Notes under the pieces: generated by a model
Told to the model about the DNA's origin: nothing
What the model saw: the letters and a program-made list of their open reading frames with translations, nothing else
The model's database searches: none
In this document: piece by piece, positions 18,618 through 27,416 of the stretch
Layout of the letters: each line of letters starts with the position of its first letter
How positions within the stretch are numbered: the stretch's first letter is position 1
Position numbers and translations under genes: made by a program
Assembly (NCBI GenBank): GCA_027010905.1
Contig: JALVBA010000369.1
Location: forward strand, 1-46,050
DNA length: 46,050 nt
Direction: 5' to 3'
Source: Marinilabiliaceae bacterium
GTDB lineage: Bacteria; Bacteroidota; Bacteroidia; Bacteroidales; Marinilabiliaceae

Positions 18618-19094
18618 TTATACATTTGTTAGACCTTTTGATAAAAAAGTAAGATATGATGTCCATGGCCATTCTAAAGTGTGACGTGCAAAATGATGAT
18701 GAACAGGATTGTCATGAGTATAAACAATAACTGTCTTCAAATAGTTTTGATTGTGGATAAGTTTTCTTTTAAAAGGTCGTTCGAAAAGGCTGCCGTGCCT
18801 TCTGTATCTTCTATTGAAAGCTTTTGTGTATGCGTTGAACAGATTGGAGAAGTATTGGTGAGGCAATTTCAGTTTAATATCCCCGTCAGGGGTGTAGTCT
18901 TTAATTTTCAACACAAAATGAAAGTGGTTTTTCATCAGACACCATGCGTATGTTTCTGCAACAGGACTGATATGTTTATTATACAGCCTTAAAAAATATC
19001 GGTAATTTTCATCTTCAACAAACAAATTCTCCCCATTTATACCACAATTATAGATGTGGTAAAAACATCCATTTTTTAATTGTATGGGGTTCAT
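18618..19094 (-). CDS. REP-associated tyrosine transposase-like protein (RAYT; IS200/IS605-superfamily Y1 HUH transposase), possibly C-terminally truncated
   Basis: HUH motif in CLMKNHFHFVLKI and catalytic-Tyr motif in VIVYTHDNPV. The N-terminus FYHIYNCGINGENLF and RHGSLFERPFKRK match the COG1943-type pattern. The reading frame stays open for 36 more codons past the TAA. Confidence 0.75.
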   Translation of the reverse strand: MNPIQLKNGCFYHIYNCGINGENLFVEDENYRYFLRLYNKHISPVAETYAWCLMKNHFHFVLKIKDYTPDGDIKLKLPHQYFSNLFNAYTKAFNRRYRRHGSLFERPFKRKLIHNQNYLKTVIVYTHDNPVHHHFARHTLEWPWTSYLTFLSKGLTNV

Positions 19095-19117
19095 TTTTGT
19101 TATTATTTTATTTTGTA

Positions 19118-19162
19118 TTTTTAAACCTGACAGGTTTTTAAAACCTGTCAGGTTTAAAAAAA
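19118..19162. repeat. REP-like palindromic hairpin (right copy); may also terminate the DUF1080 gene
   Basis: TTTTTAAACCTGACAGGTTTTTAAAACCTGTCAGGTTTAAAAAAA. The core at 19123-19155 differs from the left copy mainly in the loop and in the outermost stem bases. It sits 9 nt after the stop of the 1129-aa gene. Confidence 0.85.
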
Positions 19163-19170
19163 TTACAATA

Positions 19171-22100
19171 TTACAACTCCTTCACACGTATGTTGCGGAA
19201 GTAGACTTCCGATCCATGTCCCAAATATCCGATATGTCCTTTTTCTCTTTTCAGACCGGGGTGGTTTTTGTGGTCGGCAGTACCGTTTTTACTCGCTTCG
19301 GCAATATCGCCATCAACAATAACCTCACCGTTCAGGATAACCTTAACATGAGTACCTTTCATAATAACCTCTTCATTATTCCATTCGCCAACAGGCTTAA
19401 GGAAACCTCTTTTTGCAGCAATTACACCATACACTGAACCATGATACTGATAAGATTTAAGGTTTGCATAAACTTCAGCCGTGTTATCCAGAATTTGTAA
19501 CTCCATACCTTTGTATGCAGCATCACCTTTTAGTGAAGCACGAATACCTAGTCCATTGTTTGCACCGGGCGTTAATTTAAACTCAAACCTGAAATTAAAA
19601 TCTTCATACTCCTTCTCTGTGAATAGATTTCCATGACTCCCATTGCTACCGCTTATCACAATCTCACCATTTACAGCTTTGTAGTCGACTTTGTTACCTA
19701 CCCAACCGTCAAGATTTTCACCGTTAAAAAGAAGTACAAAACCCTCCTTTTCCTCCTCAGCAGTTAGTTTGTTATGATTTACCGGTTTCAGTTCTCGAAC
19801 GTAAATATCACGAAATGCCAAATCGGTACCGTGAGCCTGAAGCTCTATTGTTCCTTTCGGGAAGATAGGGATACTTCTGTCCCAGTAGTTATCCATCACA
19901 ACGTTATCAACAACCAAAATGCCGTTTAGATAAACTGTAACGCGCTCACCAACCATTTTAATGCGGAAAGTATTCCAGTCATCAATTGGGTTATCGGCAA
20001 CAACAAGTGGGTGGCTCTCGTGCTTTTTATTGTTGTACAGGCCACCTGAACCCACCTGAGCTCCAACCTCTACCCTACTGGTGTCCCATATCTGCACCTG
20101 AGGTGTTCCTCTGAGGTAGATACCACTATCACCTTTTTTAGATATTCTCCAGTCAACAACCATCTCGAAGTCCCCATAGTCGTCTTTTAATGAAAGAAGG
20201 TTGTCTCCTTTACCACTAAAGACTATAGTCCCGTTTTTAACACTCCAGTTCTCATGCATCTTCTTATCTGCCTGTTCCTGAAGTTTCTTTAGTTTGTATT
20301 GCGAAAGTTGTTTTAGTTTAATCGGGTTTGTTACATAACCATGCCATCCGGTTAGGTCAGTACCGTTAAACATTGAGACAAACCCCTCTTCATCACCAAG
20401 TGAAGCGATGTAGTTATCAATGTCAATCTTGAAGTATTGAGCATCGTCACCTGTAATTAGCTCCTTCACCTTTGTAAGTGTCTCTTGCACATCTTTACCT
20501 GTAAGTCCGTTATCCTTCCCATTTGAAGGAAGAATTACCTTGAAGAGGCTGTTTGCCACATCGCTTTTCAGCTTTTTGTCGTTGATATAGCGAGTCAAAT
20601 AAATATAGCAGAGATATGTTTTTACATTTCCAAGAGCTGCGATAACCATCTTCTTATCTTCTGTAGAGACGGTATAAGGCATAATTTTCCTTAGCAAAAG
20701 AAGCTTCTGGTCATCAGGCAGATTGCCATTTGCCACTTGCGAAACATACGACTTGAAAGCCTTTGTTTTGTGTGCGTTAGGATTGTCATTCGAACAGACA
20801 TCGAACATATCACTTAAAGCTGAATTATCACTCCAACTTGTAAGAGCACTAATTGCAGCCTCTTTCACATCGCTACTGCCAGTTTTATAAAGATTACTTA
20901 CAACTTTAACTGCCTCACGCCCTCCTAATCCTGCAAGAATATTAATATACTCTGACTTATCTGTTTTGCTGTTGATATGTTTCAAAACTCTGCTCTCTGC
21001 AGATGCTCCGTCGCTACTATGTGTCGTGGCAGCCACAACTGCTTCACCAAGATTCTTTTTGTACTCATCATTCTGGCACTTGTCAAATCTCTCTAACAGG
21101 GTGTCGAGGTCTTTTTCTGAAACAACAAACTTAAGATTCTCAAAAGCTGCCTTCGACACTTCACCATCTTTGTTCTTTGTTGCTTCCAGCATCAATTCAT
21201 TAGTACCTAAAACCCGTTTACTACCCATAGTATTTATGATTACAACTTTCATCTTGGGTATAACCTGAAAATAGTAGTCACTCAGCATTACGGCATCATC
21301 TTTACCGGCAGTTATTGCAAGCACATCGGCTGTAATCTTAGCATCAGCATCATTATTATGCAAAATCATGTACTTGAGAGTAGGTTCTAATGCCTTGGTT
21401 TTTTTCAGAATGGCAAAGGTCATTAAAGCTTCTGCTCTTACTCCATCATCCTTATTGTCGAAAAACGTTACAACACTGCTTGTTACTGACTCATCGTGCA
21501 GTTGTGCAAGAAGATAGAGAAGCTCCTTCTGAACTTCAGGGTTCTTACTTTTATTCAACTCTTTCAACCACAAAGCAGGAGAGCTTTTCATCAACACAGC
21601 CTCCTTAATAACAGCTCCCCGATGCGCCTTGTCCTTCTCCTTCATCCCTGCAACAAGTATCTTCACGGCATCATCTCCGGTATAACAGCCTGCCTTTAAG
21701 AGACGTGCATCAATTCGATAAATCTCAGTTTTACTTTTTTTGAGAACCGTTTTGGCTATCCTTCCACACTCTTTCCTGTCTGAACTTTGAACTGATTGTG
21801 CATACTTAAGCAGGCTCTCAGTAGCTTTTGTCTTCTCACTATTATAACCAGCTGCTGAGGCCTCTTTTTTCAATAGTTGCAACGACTCTGAAGTATGCAG
21901 CTTCGGCAGTGCTGCAAGGATAGCCATCTTCACCCGAGCATCTGCATTTGGATACAAATCGGTCAGCTTACTTGTAACACTTGCGTTTCCTGTACTCCCT
22001 ATTGCATTGATAAGACCAATTAATGGGTCACCTTTAGCCTCTGCCAATTTGTCGGCATATAGCGCGGCAGCTTCTCCATACCCTGACATATACATAGCCT

Positions 22101-22560
22101 TAATAGCCGGTGCAGAGAGTTTCTCATCAGTAAGGTATTTTGAAAGTTCGGCAAGCGTTTTTTCTCCACCAATGTAATCAAGCTGTTGCATAAAGAACAT
22201 CTTCACATCACTGTCGCTACTCTTCTCTACATTATTGAGACAGATATTTTCCCATTCAAGAACTAATTGTTTTTCGCCTGAGAGACTCAAATGTCTGGAA
22301 TAACTCTCAATAGCAAAACGGTTTTTTGTGTCATCGCCTGTACCCGGAGTAACAATCCCGGAACACACTTTCTGAAGTCCATCATTACCAAACGTCTCCA
22401 TCTCAGTCATCAGCTTATCCTTGAGCTGCATATTATCAGTAGGCATCTGAACTAACAGGTCTGCCACTTTTGTTTCTAATGTACGGTTCTCTTGCGCATT
22501 TATATTCAATGCCATAAACAGTGATAAAACCGCAACTATGAATATCTTATTTCTTTTCAT
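19171..22560 (-). CDS. Secreted HEAT-repeat protein with two C-terminal DUF1080 (3-keto-disaccharide hydrolase-like, concanavalin-type) domains
   Basis: Signal peptide (FIVAVLSLFMALNINAQ). About 700 aa of helical repeats follow. Two modules then begin GFVSMFNGTDLTGWHGY and GFVLLFNGENLDGWVGN and end FRDIYVREL and FRNIRVKEL, the DUF1080 pattern. Confidence 0.75.
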   Translation of the reverse strand: MKRNKIFIVAVLSLFMALNINAQENRTLETKVADLLVQMPTDNMQLKDKLMTEMETFGNDGLQKVCSGIVTPGTGDDTKNRFAIESYSRHLSLSGEKQLVLEWENICLNNVEKSSDSDVKMFFMQQLDYIGGEKTLAELSKYLTDEKLSAPAIKAMYMSGYGEAAALYADKLAEAKGDPLIGLINAIGSTGNASVTSKLTDLYPNADARVKMAILAALPKLHTSESLQLLKKEASAAGYNSEKTKATESLLKYAQSVQSSDRKECGRIAKTVLKKSKTEIYRIDARLLKAGCYTGDDAVKILVAGMKEKDKAHRGAVIKEAVLMKSSPALWLKELNKSKNPEVQKELLYLLAQLHDESVTSSVVTFFDNKDDGVRAEALMTFAILKKTKALEPTLKYMILHNNDADAKITADVLAITAGKDDAVMLSDYYFQVIPKMKVVIINTMGSKRVLGTNELMLEATKNKDGEVSKAAFENLKFVVSEKDLDTLLERFDKCQNDEYKKNLGEAVVAATTHSSDGASAESRVLKHINSKTDKSEYINILAGLGGREAVKVVSNLYKTGSSDVKEAAISALTSWSDNSALSDMFDVCSNDNPNAHKTKAFKSYVSQVANGNLPDDQKLLLLRKIMPYTVSTEDKKMVIAALGNVKTYLCYIYLTRYINDKKLKSDVANSLFKVILPSNGKDNGLTGKDVQETLTKVKELITGDDAQYFKIDIDNYIASLGDEEGFVSMFNGTDLTGWHGYVTNPIKLKQLSQYKLKKLQEQADKKMHENWSVKNGTIVFSGKGDNLLSLKDDYGDFEMVVDWRISKKGDSGIYLRGTPQVQIWDTSRVEVGAQVGSGGLYNNKKHESHPLVVADNPIDDWNTFRIKMVGERVTVYLNGILVVDNVVMDNYWDRSIPIFPKGTIELQAHGTDLAFRDIYVRELKPVNHNKLTAEEEKEGFVLLFNGENLDGWVGNKVDYKAVNGEIVISGSNGSHGNLFTEKEYEDFNFRFEFKLTPGANNGLGIRASLKGDAAYKGMELQILDNTAEVYANLKSYQYHGSVYGVIAAKRGFLKPVGEWNNEEVIMKGTHVKVILNGEVIVDGDIAEASKNGTADHKNHPGLKREKGHIGYLGHGSEVYFRNIRVKEL

Positions 22561-22641
22561 TATTGTATCTTATAAGTTAAAAATCATTATTAAAACCTCA
22601 ATCTGACATTTTTATCAAACATCTAATCCCCACATAAAATA

Positions 22642-23979
22642 TCAAAAGATATCCCAGGGTGCACGCATCGGATAGTTATTCATATCATTAGCTGCTTTAT
22701 CGTTGATAAACTCCTGTTTAACCGGATTGTAATGCAGGGTGCGACCTAAGCGTAATGCCGTAACACCCATGTTAACAATTGTAGCCGACCGGTGACCATT
22801 CATCTCATTAAGTGCAAATTTCTTTCTTGTTCTCACCGACTCGTGGAAATCAATAATTTGAGGTTCCGGATCGGGCATCGATTGAGTAGCTTCCTTAAGA
22901 TTTGGAATTGTTGATTTGAAACCCCGATACACCTTTCCATTAGGACCTTCAAGATATGCTGCATCCTTAATACTGTTGTCTCCATCGAGAATAATCTGAC
23001 AACCATCTTCATAAGTGTAGGTTATACGACGCCATGTACCAACGGCATAAGGGTGCTGCTGCGGAGCATCAATCTCCACTTTTATCGGGCTGGTTTCATC
23101 TTTACCAAGAAGATACTGAACAGGGTCGAGGTAGTGCTGACCCATATCTGCCAGACCTCCGCCATCGTAATCCCAGTACCCTCTGAATTTAGAGTGGACA
23201 TGCTCTTTGTTGTATGGCTTATACGGAGCAGGCCCGAGCCACATATTATAATCCAGCTCTTTAGGTACAGGCATTGGTGGTAGGTTATACTCCCCTCTCC
23301 AGAAGAACTTCCAGTTATAACCGGTAATTCCACTAACTGTAACTTTCAATGGCCATCCTAACACACCACTCTCCACAATTTTCTTCAATGGCTTAACGGT
23401 TGTTCCCAATCCGTAAAACTGACCTCTGAACCTGAACCACGTATTTAGTCTGAACATCCGTCCATGCTTCTGCACAGCCTCTATAACTTTTTTACCTTCG
23501 CCTATTGTTCGGGTCATTGGCTTCTCACACCATATATCTTTTCCCGCCTCAGCAGCCATTACCGACATCAGTCCGTGCCAGTGAGGAGGAGTGGCAACGT
23601 GAACAATATCAATATCTTTTTGAAGTAACAACTCTCTAAAATCGTGGTAAGTATTTACTCCTTTCCCTACTTTCTTTACTGCTCGGTCGAGGCGATTCTG
23701 GTCAACATCACACATGGCAACAAGTCTTCCCGGCCTGTTAAGATGATGACCATATCCAATTCCACCCATCCCAATAATAGCTTTGGTTATCTGGTCACTT
23801 GGGGCAGTAAAACCCGGCCCGCCAAGCACATGGCGTGGAACAATAGTAAACGCAGCTGCTCCAAGCACACTTGTTTTAAGGAATTCGCGCCGCTTAAGAC
23901 TGCCGGCTTTTTCACTCTTTGTTAACGAATCAACTCTAGGATTCTCTTTTTTGTCCGATTTGTTTTCTTTCTCTTTCAT
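22642..23979 (-). CDS. Gfo/Idh/MocA-family oxidoreductase with twin-arginine (Tat) signal
   Basis: Tat motif SLKRREFLKTSVLGAAAF, Rossmann segment IIGMGGIGYGH, and EKPM catalytic-region motif (WCEKPMT). Confidence 0.85.
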   Translation of the reverse strand: MKEKENKSDKKENPRVDSLTKSEKAGSLKRREFLKTSVLGAAAFTIVPRHVLGGPGFTAPSDQITKAIIGMGGIGYGHHLNRPGRLVAMCDVDQNRLDRAVKKVGKGVNTYHDFRELLLQKDIDIVHVATPPHWHGLMSVMAAEAGKDIWCEKPMTRTIGEGKKVIEAVQKHGRMFRLNTWFRFRGQFYGLGTTVKPLKKIVESGVLGWPLKVTVSGITGYNWKFFWRGEYNLPPMPVPKELDYNMWLGPAPYKPYNKEHVHSKFRGYWDYDGGGLADMGQHYLDPVQYLLGKDETSPIKVEIDAPQQHPYAVGTWRRITYTYEDGCQIILDGDNSIKDAAYLEGPNGKVYRGFKSTIPNLKEATQSMPDPEPQIIDFHESVRTRKKFALNEMNGHRSATIVNMGVTALRLGRTLHYNPVKQEFINDKAANDMNNYPMRAPWDIF

Positions 23980-24343
23980 AAGAAGCTTTTAATATGTTTA
24001 GCATGAATAATTTCAAAAGACCCTAAAGATATAAAAAAAACATCCCTAAACATGTTAACATACGTTAATTAGCCTTTATGATTAAACCTTAAATTCTCTT
24101 TTCAGTTAAATTAACATTTTCCACAAAACTGGTAGTAGAACCTCAGTTAATAAGATTGAAGTTGGAGATATGATTTCTGTTGTTGAGGCCTATATCCTAT
24201 GGCTTGGATGAAGATCTGAAAAATGAATTTCCTGATATCGACGACCTCGACTTAGACATCCTGCCTGCCCTATGATAGCTATTGAGAAAGTTGCAAACTC
24301 TATTTAGTATCTGCTTAAATTCTGTTATATCCGAAGGTATTAC

Positions 24344-24351
24344 TAATTTTG
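24344..24351 (+). promoter_or_regulatory. Candidate -7 box (TAatTTTG) for miaA
   Basis: An exact TAnnTTTG lies 22 nt upstream of the miaA ATG. I found no clean -33 TTTG. Confidence 0.35.
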
Positions 24352-24373
24352 AAAAAAAAGTTTGTGACTACAG

Positions 24374-25294
24374 ATGGAGAACTTCAATGAAAATAACTAC
24401 TTAATAGTACTGGTTGGACCAACAGGGATTGGAAAAACTGAACTAAGCCTGAAAGTAGCCAAACAGCTAAACACCGTTATTATATCCTCTGACAGCCGTC
24501 AGATATTCAGAGACCTGAAGATCGGGACTGCTGCCCCCACACCGGAGCAGTTGAGCACTGTGCCTCATTTTATGGTTGGCACTCACTCTATTCACGATTA
24601 CTACAATGCCTATCAGTTCGAACAAGATGTCCTGTCTCTGTTGAAAAATAAGTTTTCAGAAAATCCTAATGTCTTAATGGCAGGGGGATCGATGATGTAT
24701 GTTGATGCCGTTTGTAAAGGCATTGACGATATACCTACCATCGATGGTGAGCTGAGAAAAGAGCTGCTTGAGCGATACGAGAAAGAGGGAATAGAATCGA
24801 TAAGACATGAACTTAAAATTTTGGATCCGGTTTTTTATAATCAGGTTGATTTGAAAAATCACAAACGAGTTATTCATGCTATTGAGGTGTGCCTGATGGC
24901 AGGAAAACCCTACAGCTCACTACGAAAAAATCGTAGCAAGGAGAGATATTTTAAGCAGCTACATATTGGGCTCGATATGGACAGAGCAGAGCTCTACAAC
25001 CGTATCAACAAAAGGGTAGATAAGATGATTGATACCGGCCTTGAAAAAGAGGCCAAAGAGTTTTATCCTTACAAACACCTCAACTCGCTAAACACCGTTG
25101 GATACAAAGAACTTTTCGAATACTTCGACGGAAACATCTCATTTGAACAGGCTGTAGAGCTGATTAAACGTAACTCACGCCGTTATGCCAAACGACAATT
25201 ATCATGGTTCCGCAGAGATAAAAACAGGGTGTGGTTTCACCCTGAGCAGTTGGATGATATTTTGAAGTATATCAATACAAATATTTTAATCTGA
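24374..25294 (+). CDS. miaA: tRNA dimethylallyltransferase
   Basis: P-loop VGPTGIGKTELS, SSDSRQIFRDLKIGTA, and C-terminal RRYAKRQLSWFR. Confidence 0.9.
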   Translation: MENFNENNYLIVLVGPTGIGKTELSLKVAKQLNTVIISSDSRQIFRDLKIGTAAPTPEQLSTVPHFMVGTHSIHDYYNAYQFEQDVLSLLKNKFSENPNVLMAGGSMMYVDAVCKGIDDIPTIDGELRKELLERYEKEGIESIRHELKILDPVFYNQVDLKNHKRVIHAIEVCLMAGKPYSSLRKNRSKERYFKQLHIGLDMDRAELYNRINKRVDKMIDTGLEKEAKEFYPYKHLNSLNTVGYKELFEYFDGNISFEQAVELIKRNSRRYAKRQLSWFRRDKNRVWFHPEQLDDILKYINTNILI

Positions 25295-25457
25295 CCATAC
25301 TACCTCCAAACTATTAATTTACAATAATTTGCACAGAAGGTACGGAAGCCTCTGAATAGAATTGAAAGTAAAAGCACCGGTGAGTGCTGTTGAAAACTAG
25401 TATGAATTAAACCCTGAAATAGTTAAAGAAAATCATCTAATTTTATATGTAAAATAG

Positions 25458-25465
25458 TATATTTG
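25458..25465 (+). promoter_or_regulatory. Candidate -7 box (TAtaTTTG) for the split barrel gene
   Basis: An exact TAnnTTTG lies 21 nt upstream of ATG 25486. Confidence 0.35.
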
Positions 25466-25485
25466 ATGCTAAAATAAGTTAAACC

Positions 25486-26073
25486 ATGAAAAAATTAATT
25501 GTTTTTATTGGCATTCTATTGTTATCATCTTTTACATTCGGTCAGCAGACCGATAAGTTTGCCATGCTTGGTAAGGCAGGATATAGCCTGAGGGCTCCAG
25601 TTGAAGCTTTCTATGGAGGCCTCTCTTTTGAATATCTGATTTGGAAACGCTTAGGTATAGTTGCCGGCATTAACTGAACAACCGGCAATACTTTCCCGAA
25701 TAAATCGGGAGGTATTCAAACCGGTTATTGGGAAACAAGCAGTTTGTTTGCTGCATACGATGGGAATAGTGGTGATTTGCCATATTACTCCTATTCTGAT
25801 TTTTCTGTTGTATTGGGGGTTATGGTGCATGCATTAAGTAACAAAAATAATATTATTGCGGTATCGTTGGGAGCCAATTACTCATGGCAGCTTTATGAAA
25901 ATTATTATTTGAGAGAAAGCGGTCCTAATGATGGTACTACTATAGCTACCTATACGCGCTATACTGGCATTGGGTTTGCGGGCGATGTAACCTATCGCCG
26001 CAGGGTATACAAATCATTGTGGGCAGGGGGCTATGTGCAAATAAGCCCTTTCTCTGCTGAAAAAAGCCTTTAA
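25486..26073 (+). pseudogene. Small outer-membrane beta-barrel gene interrupted by a single in-frame TGA (25675-25677)
   Basis: Track ORFs 25486..25677 (signal peptide MKKLIVFIGILLLSSFTFGQ) and 25744..26073 are in the same frame. The 66 nt between them have no stop. The joined translation is about 194 aa with continuous amphipathic beta-strand periodicity. Confidence 0.6.
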
Positions 26074-26273
26074 AACAGTCGAAATACAATGGAGACCTTT
26101 TAAACGGCAAGACATCTCATTCATTTGCCAGTTCCCATAAAGAAGCGAAGCTTACCTTAAATACATCTCTCATCTTTTGCCAATCAAAATAATTAATAAT
26201 CCCGTTTAATCTGTTGTGAAAGTTTAAGTTTGAAAAAAAAAGAGAGGTATTAGAAAAAAAAAGAACAAGTTAG

Positions 26274-26306
26274 TTTGCTTTTATTAATTGAAAATTAGTA
26301 CTTTTG
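26274..26306 (+). promoter_or_regulatory. Candidate promoter of the ribosomal-protein supercluster (upstream of rpsL)
   Basis: TTTG (26274-26277) and TActTTTG (26299-26306) are separated by 21 nt. A second -7-like box, TAccTTTG, lies at 26373-26380. Confidence 0.5.
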
Positions 26307-26438
26307 CGGCTCGTTTTTGTGCGAAGAGTGTGAAAATGATTTGGAACCGTATGGTTTTTAAAGGGAAAATACTACCTTTGCAGGCCATTTTGATGGAAAA
26401 GAAGTAATTTATATTAAATAGAATAGTTAGATTTAATT

Positions 26439-26813
26439 ATGCCAACAATTCAACAATTAGTTCGCAAAGGACGTAAAAAGCTGGTAGACAAGAGTAAGTC
26501 ACCTGCTTTAGACTCATGCCCACAAAGGCGAGGTGTTTGCGTAAGGGTGTATACAACTACACCTAAGAAACCGAATTCAGCAATGCGTAAAGTTGCAAGG
26601 GTTCGCTTAACAAATGGAAAAGAGGTGAATGCTTACATTCCGGGAGAAGGACACAACCTACAGGAACACTCAATCGTTCTGGTTCGTGGCGGAAGGGTTA
26701 AAGACCTGCCGGGAGTAAGATATCACTTGGTACGTGGTGCTCTTGATGCATCAGGAGTGGAGGGACGCTCACAAAGACGTTCTAAATATGGAACTAAACG
26801 TCCTAAAAAGTAA
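26439..26813 (+). CDS. rpsL: 30S ribosomal protein S12 (uS12)
   Basis: [42 protein letters not shown]. Confidence 0.97.
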   Translation: MPTIQQLVRKGRKKLVDKSKSPALDSCPQRRGVCVRVYTTTPKKPNSAMRKVARVRLTNGKEVNAYIPGEGHNLQEHSIVLVRGGRVKDLPGVRYHLVRGALDASGVEGRSQRRSKYGTKRPKK

Positions 26814-26926
26814 TTATTAATTTACGTTTTGGTTTGTTAGGGTGTTAATTGGTTGAGTAAATGGCTTACGCCGTTGAAGACTCCAAATGACAAGCAATAC
26901 AACAGAACTGATAAACAAAAAAACCA

Positions 26927-27403
26927 ATGAGGAAGAGTAAACCAAAGAAGCGAATCTTATTACCGGATCCCAAGTTCGGTGATACCTTGGTAACACAATT
27001 TGTAAACAATCTTATGGTTGACGGAAAGAAGTCAACCGCATACAATATCATATACGATGCTTTCGATCGTATGGCTGATAAGTCTGAAAAAGAGGGTAAA
27101 TCTGCCCTTGAGATTTTCAAAAAAGCACTCGAAAATATTACTCCCGCTGTGGAGGTTAAGAGTCGTCGCGTAGGTGGTGCTACATTTCAGGTACCTACAG
27201 AAATCAGACCTGACAGAAAAGCATCTATCAGTATGAAAAACCTTATTCTGTTTGCCCGCAAGAGAAGTGGCCGATCGATGGCAGAAAAATTATCAGCTGA
27301 AATTGTTGCTGCATATAGTTTAGAGGGTGGTGCTTTTAAGAAGAAAGAGGATATGCACAAGATGGCAGAGGCGAACCGTGCTTTTGCTCACTTCAGATTT
27401 TAA
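26927..27403 (+). CDS. rpsG: 30S ribosomal protein S7 (uS7)
   Basis: 158 aa. [22 protein letters not shown], and position after rpsL. Confidence 0.97.
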   Translation: MRKSKPKKRILLPDPKFGDTLVTQFVNNLMVDGKKSTAYNIIYDAFDRMADKSEKEGKSALEIFKKALENITPAVEVKSRRVGGATFQVPTEIRPDRKASISMKNLILFARKRSGRSMAEKLSAEIVAAYSLEGGAFKKKEDMHKMAEANRAFAHFRF

Positions 27404-27416
27404 TTTACTATAAGAA

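Larger units (their letters stand above)
18441..19162 (-). mobile_element. IS200-sized unit (about 0.7 kb): RAYT-type Y1 transposase gene bracketed by two near-identical hairpin repeats
   Basis: The two hairpins share the core CCTGACAGGTTTnnAAAACCTGTCAGG, and each is preceded by a similar AT-rich stretch (TTATTTTATTT.TAT). They flank a single HUH/Y1 transposase ORF. Confidence 0.6.

Noticed and set aside
19118-19162. Right REP hairpin as a classical Rho-independent terminator
   Set aside because: On the minus strand the stem is followed by only about 3 T before an A-run, so it is not a canonical terminator. It may still pause or terminate transcription, but I did not annotate it as a terminator.
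25675-25726. Selenocysteine insertion at the in-frame UGA (hairpin as a bacterial SECIS)
   Set aside because: The apical loop (AUAAA) lacks the guanosine that I recall as typical of bacterial SECIS apical loops. A small outer-membrane barrel is an implausible selenoprotein, and no sel genes are visible in this window. A nonsense mutation or generic read-through is more parsimonious.
26439-26813. Streptomycin-resistance substitution in rpsL
   Set aside because: The TPKKPNSA and [14 protein letters not shown] regions look like the usual sensitive-type sequence as far as I can recall.
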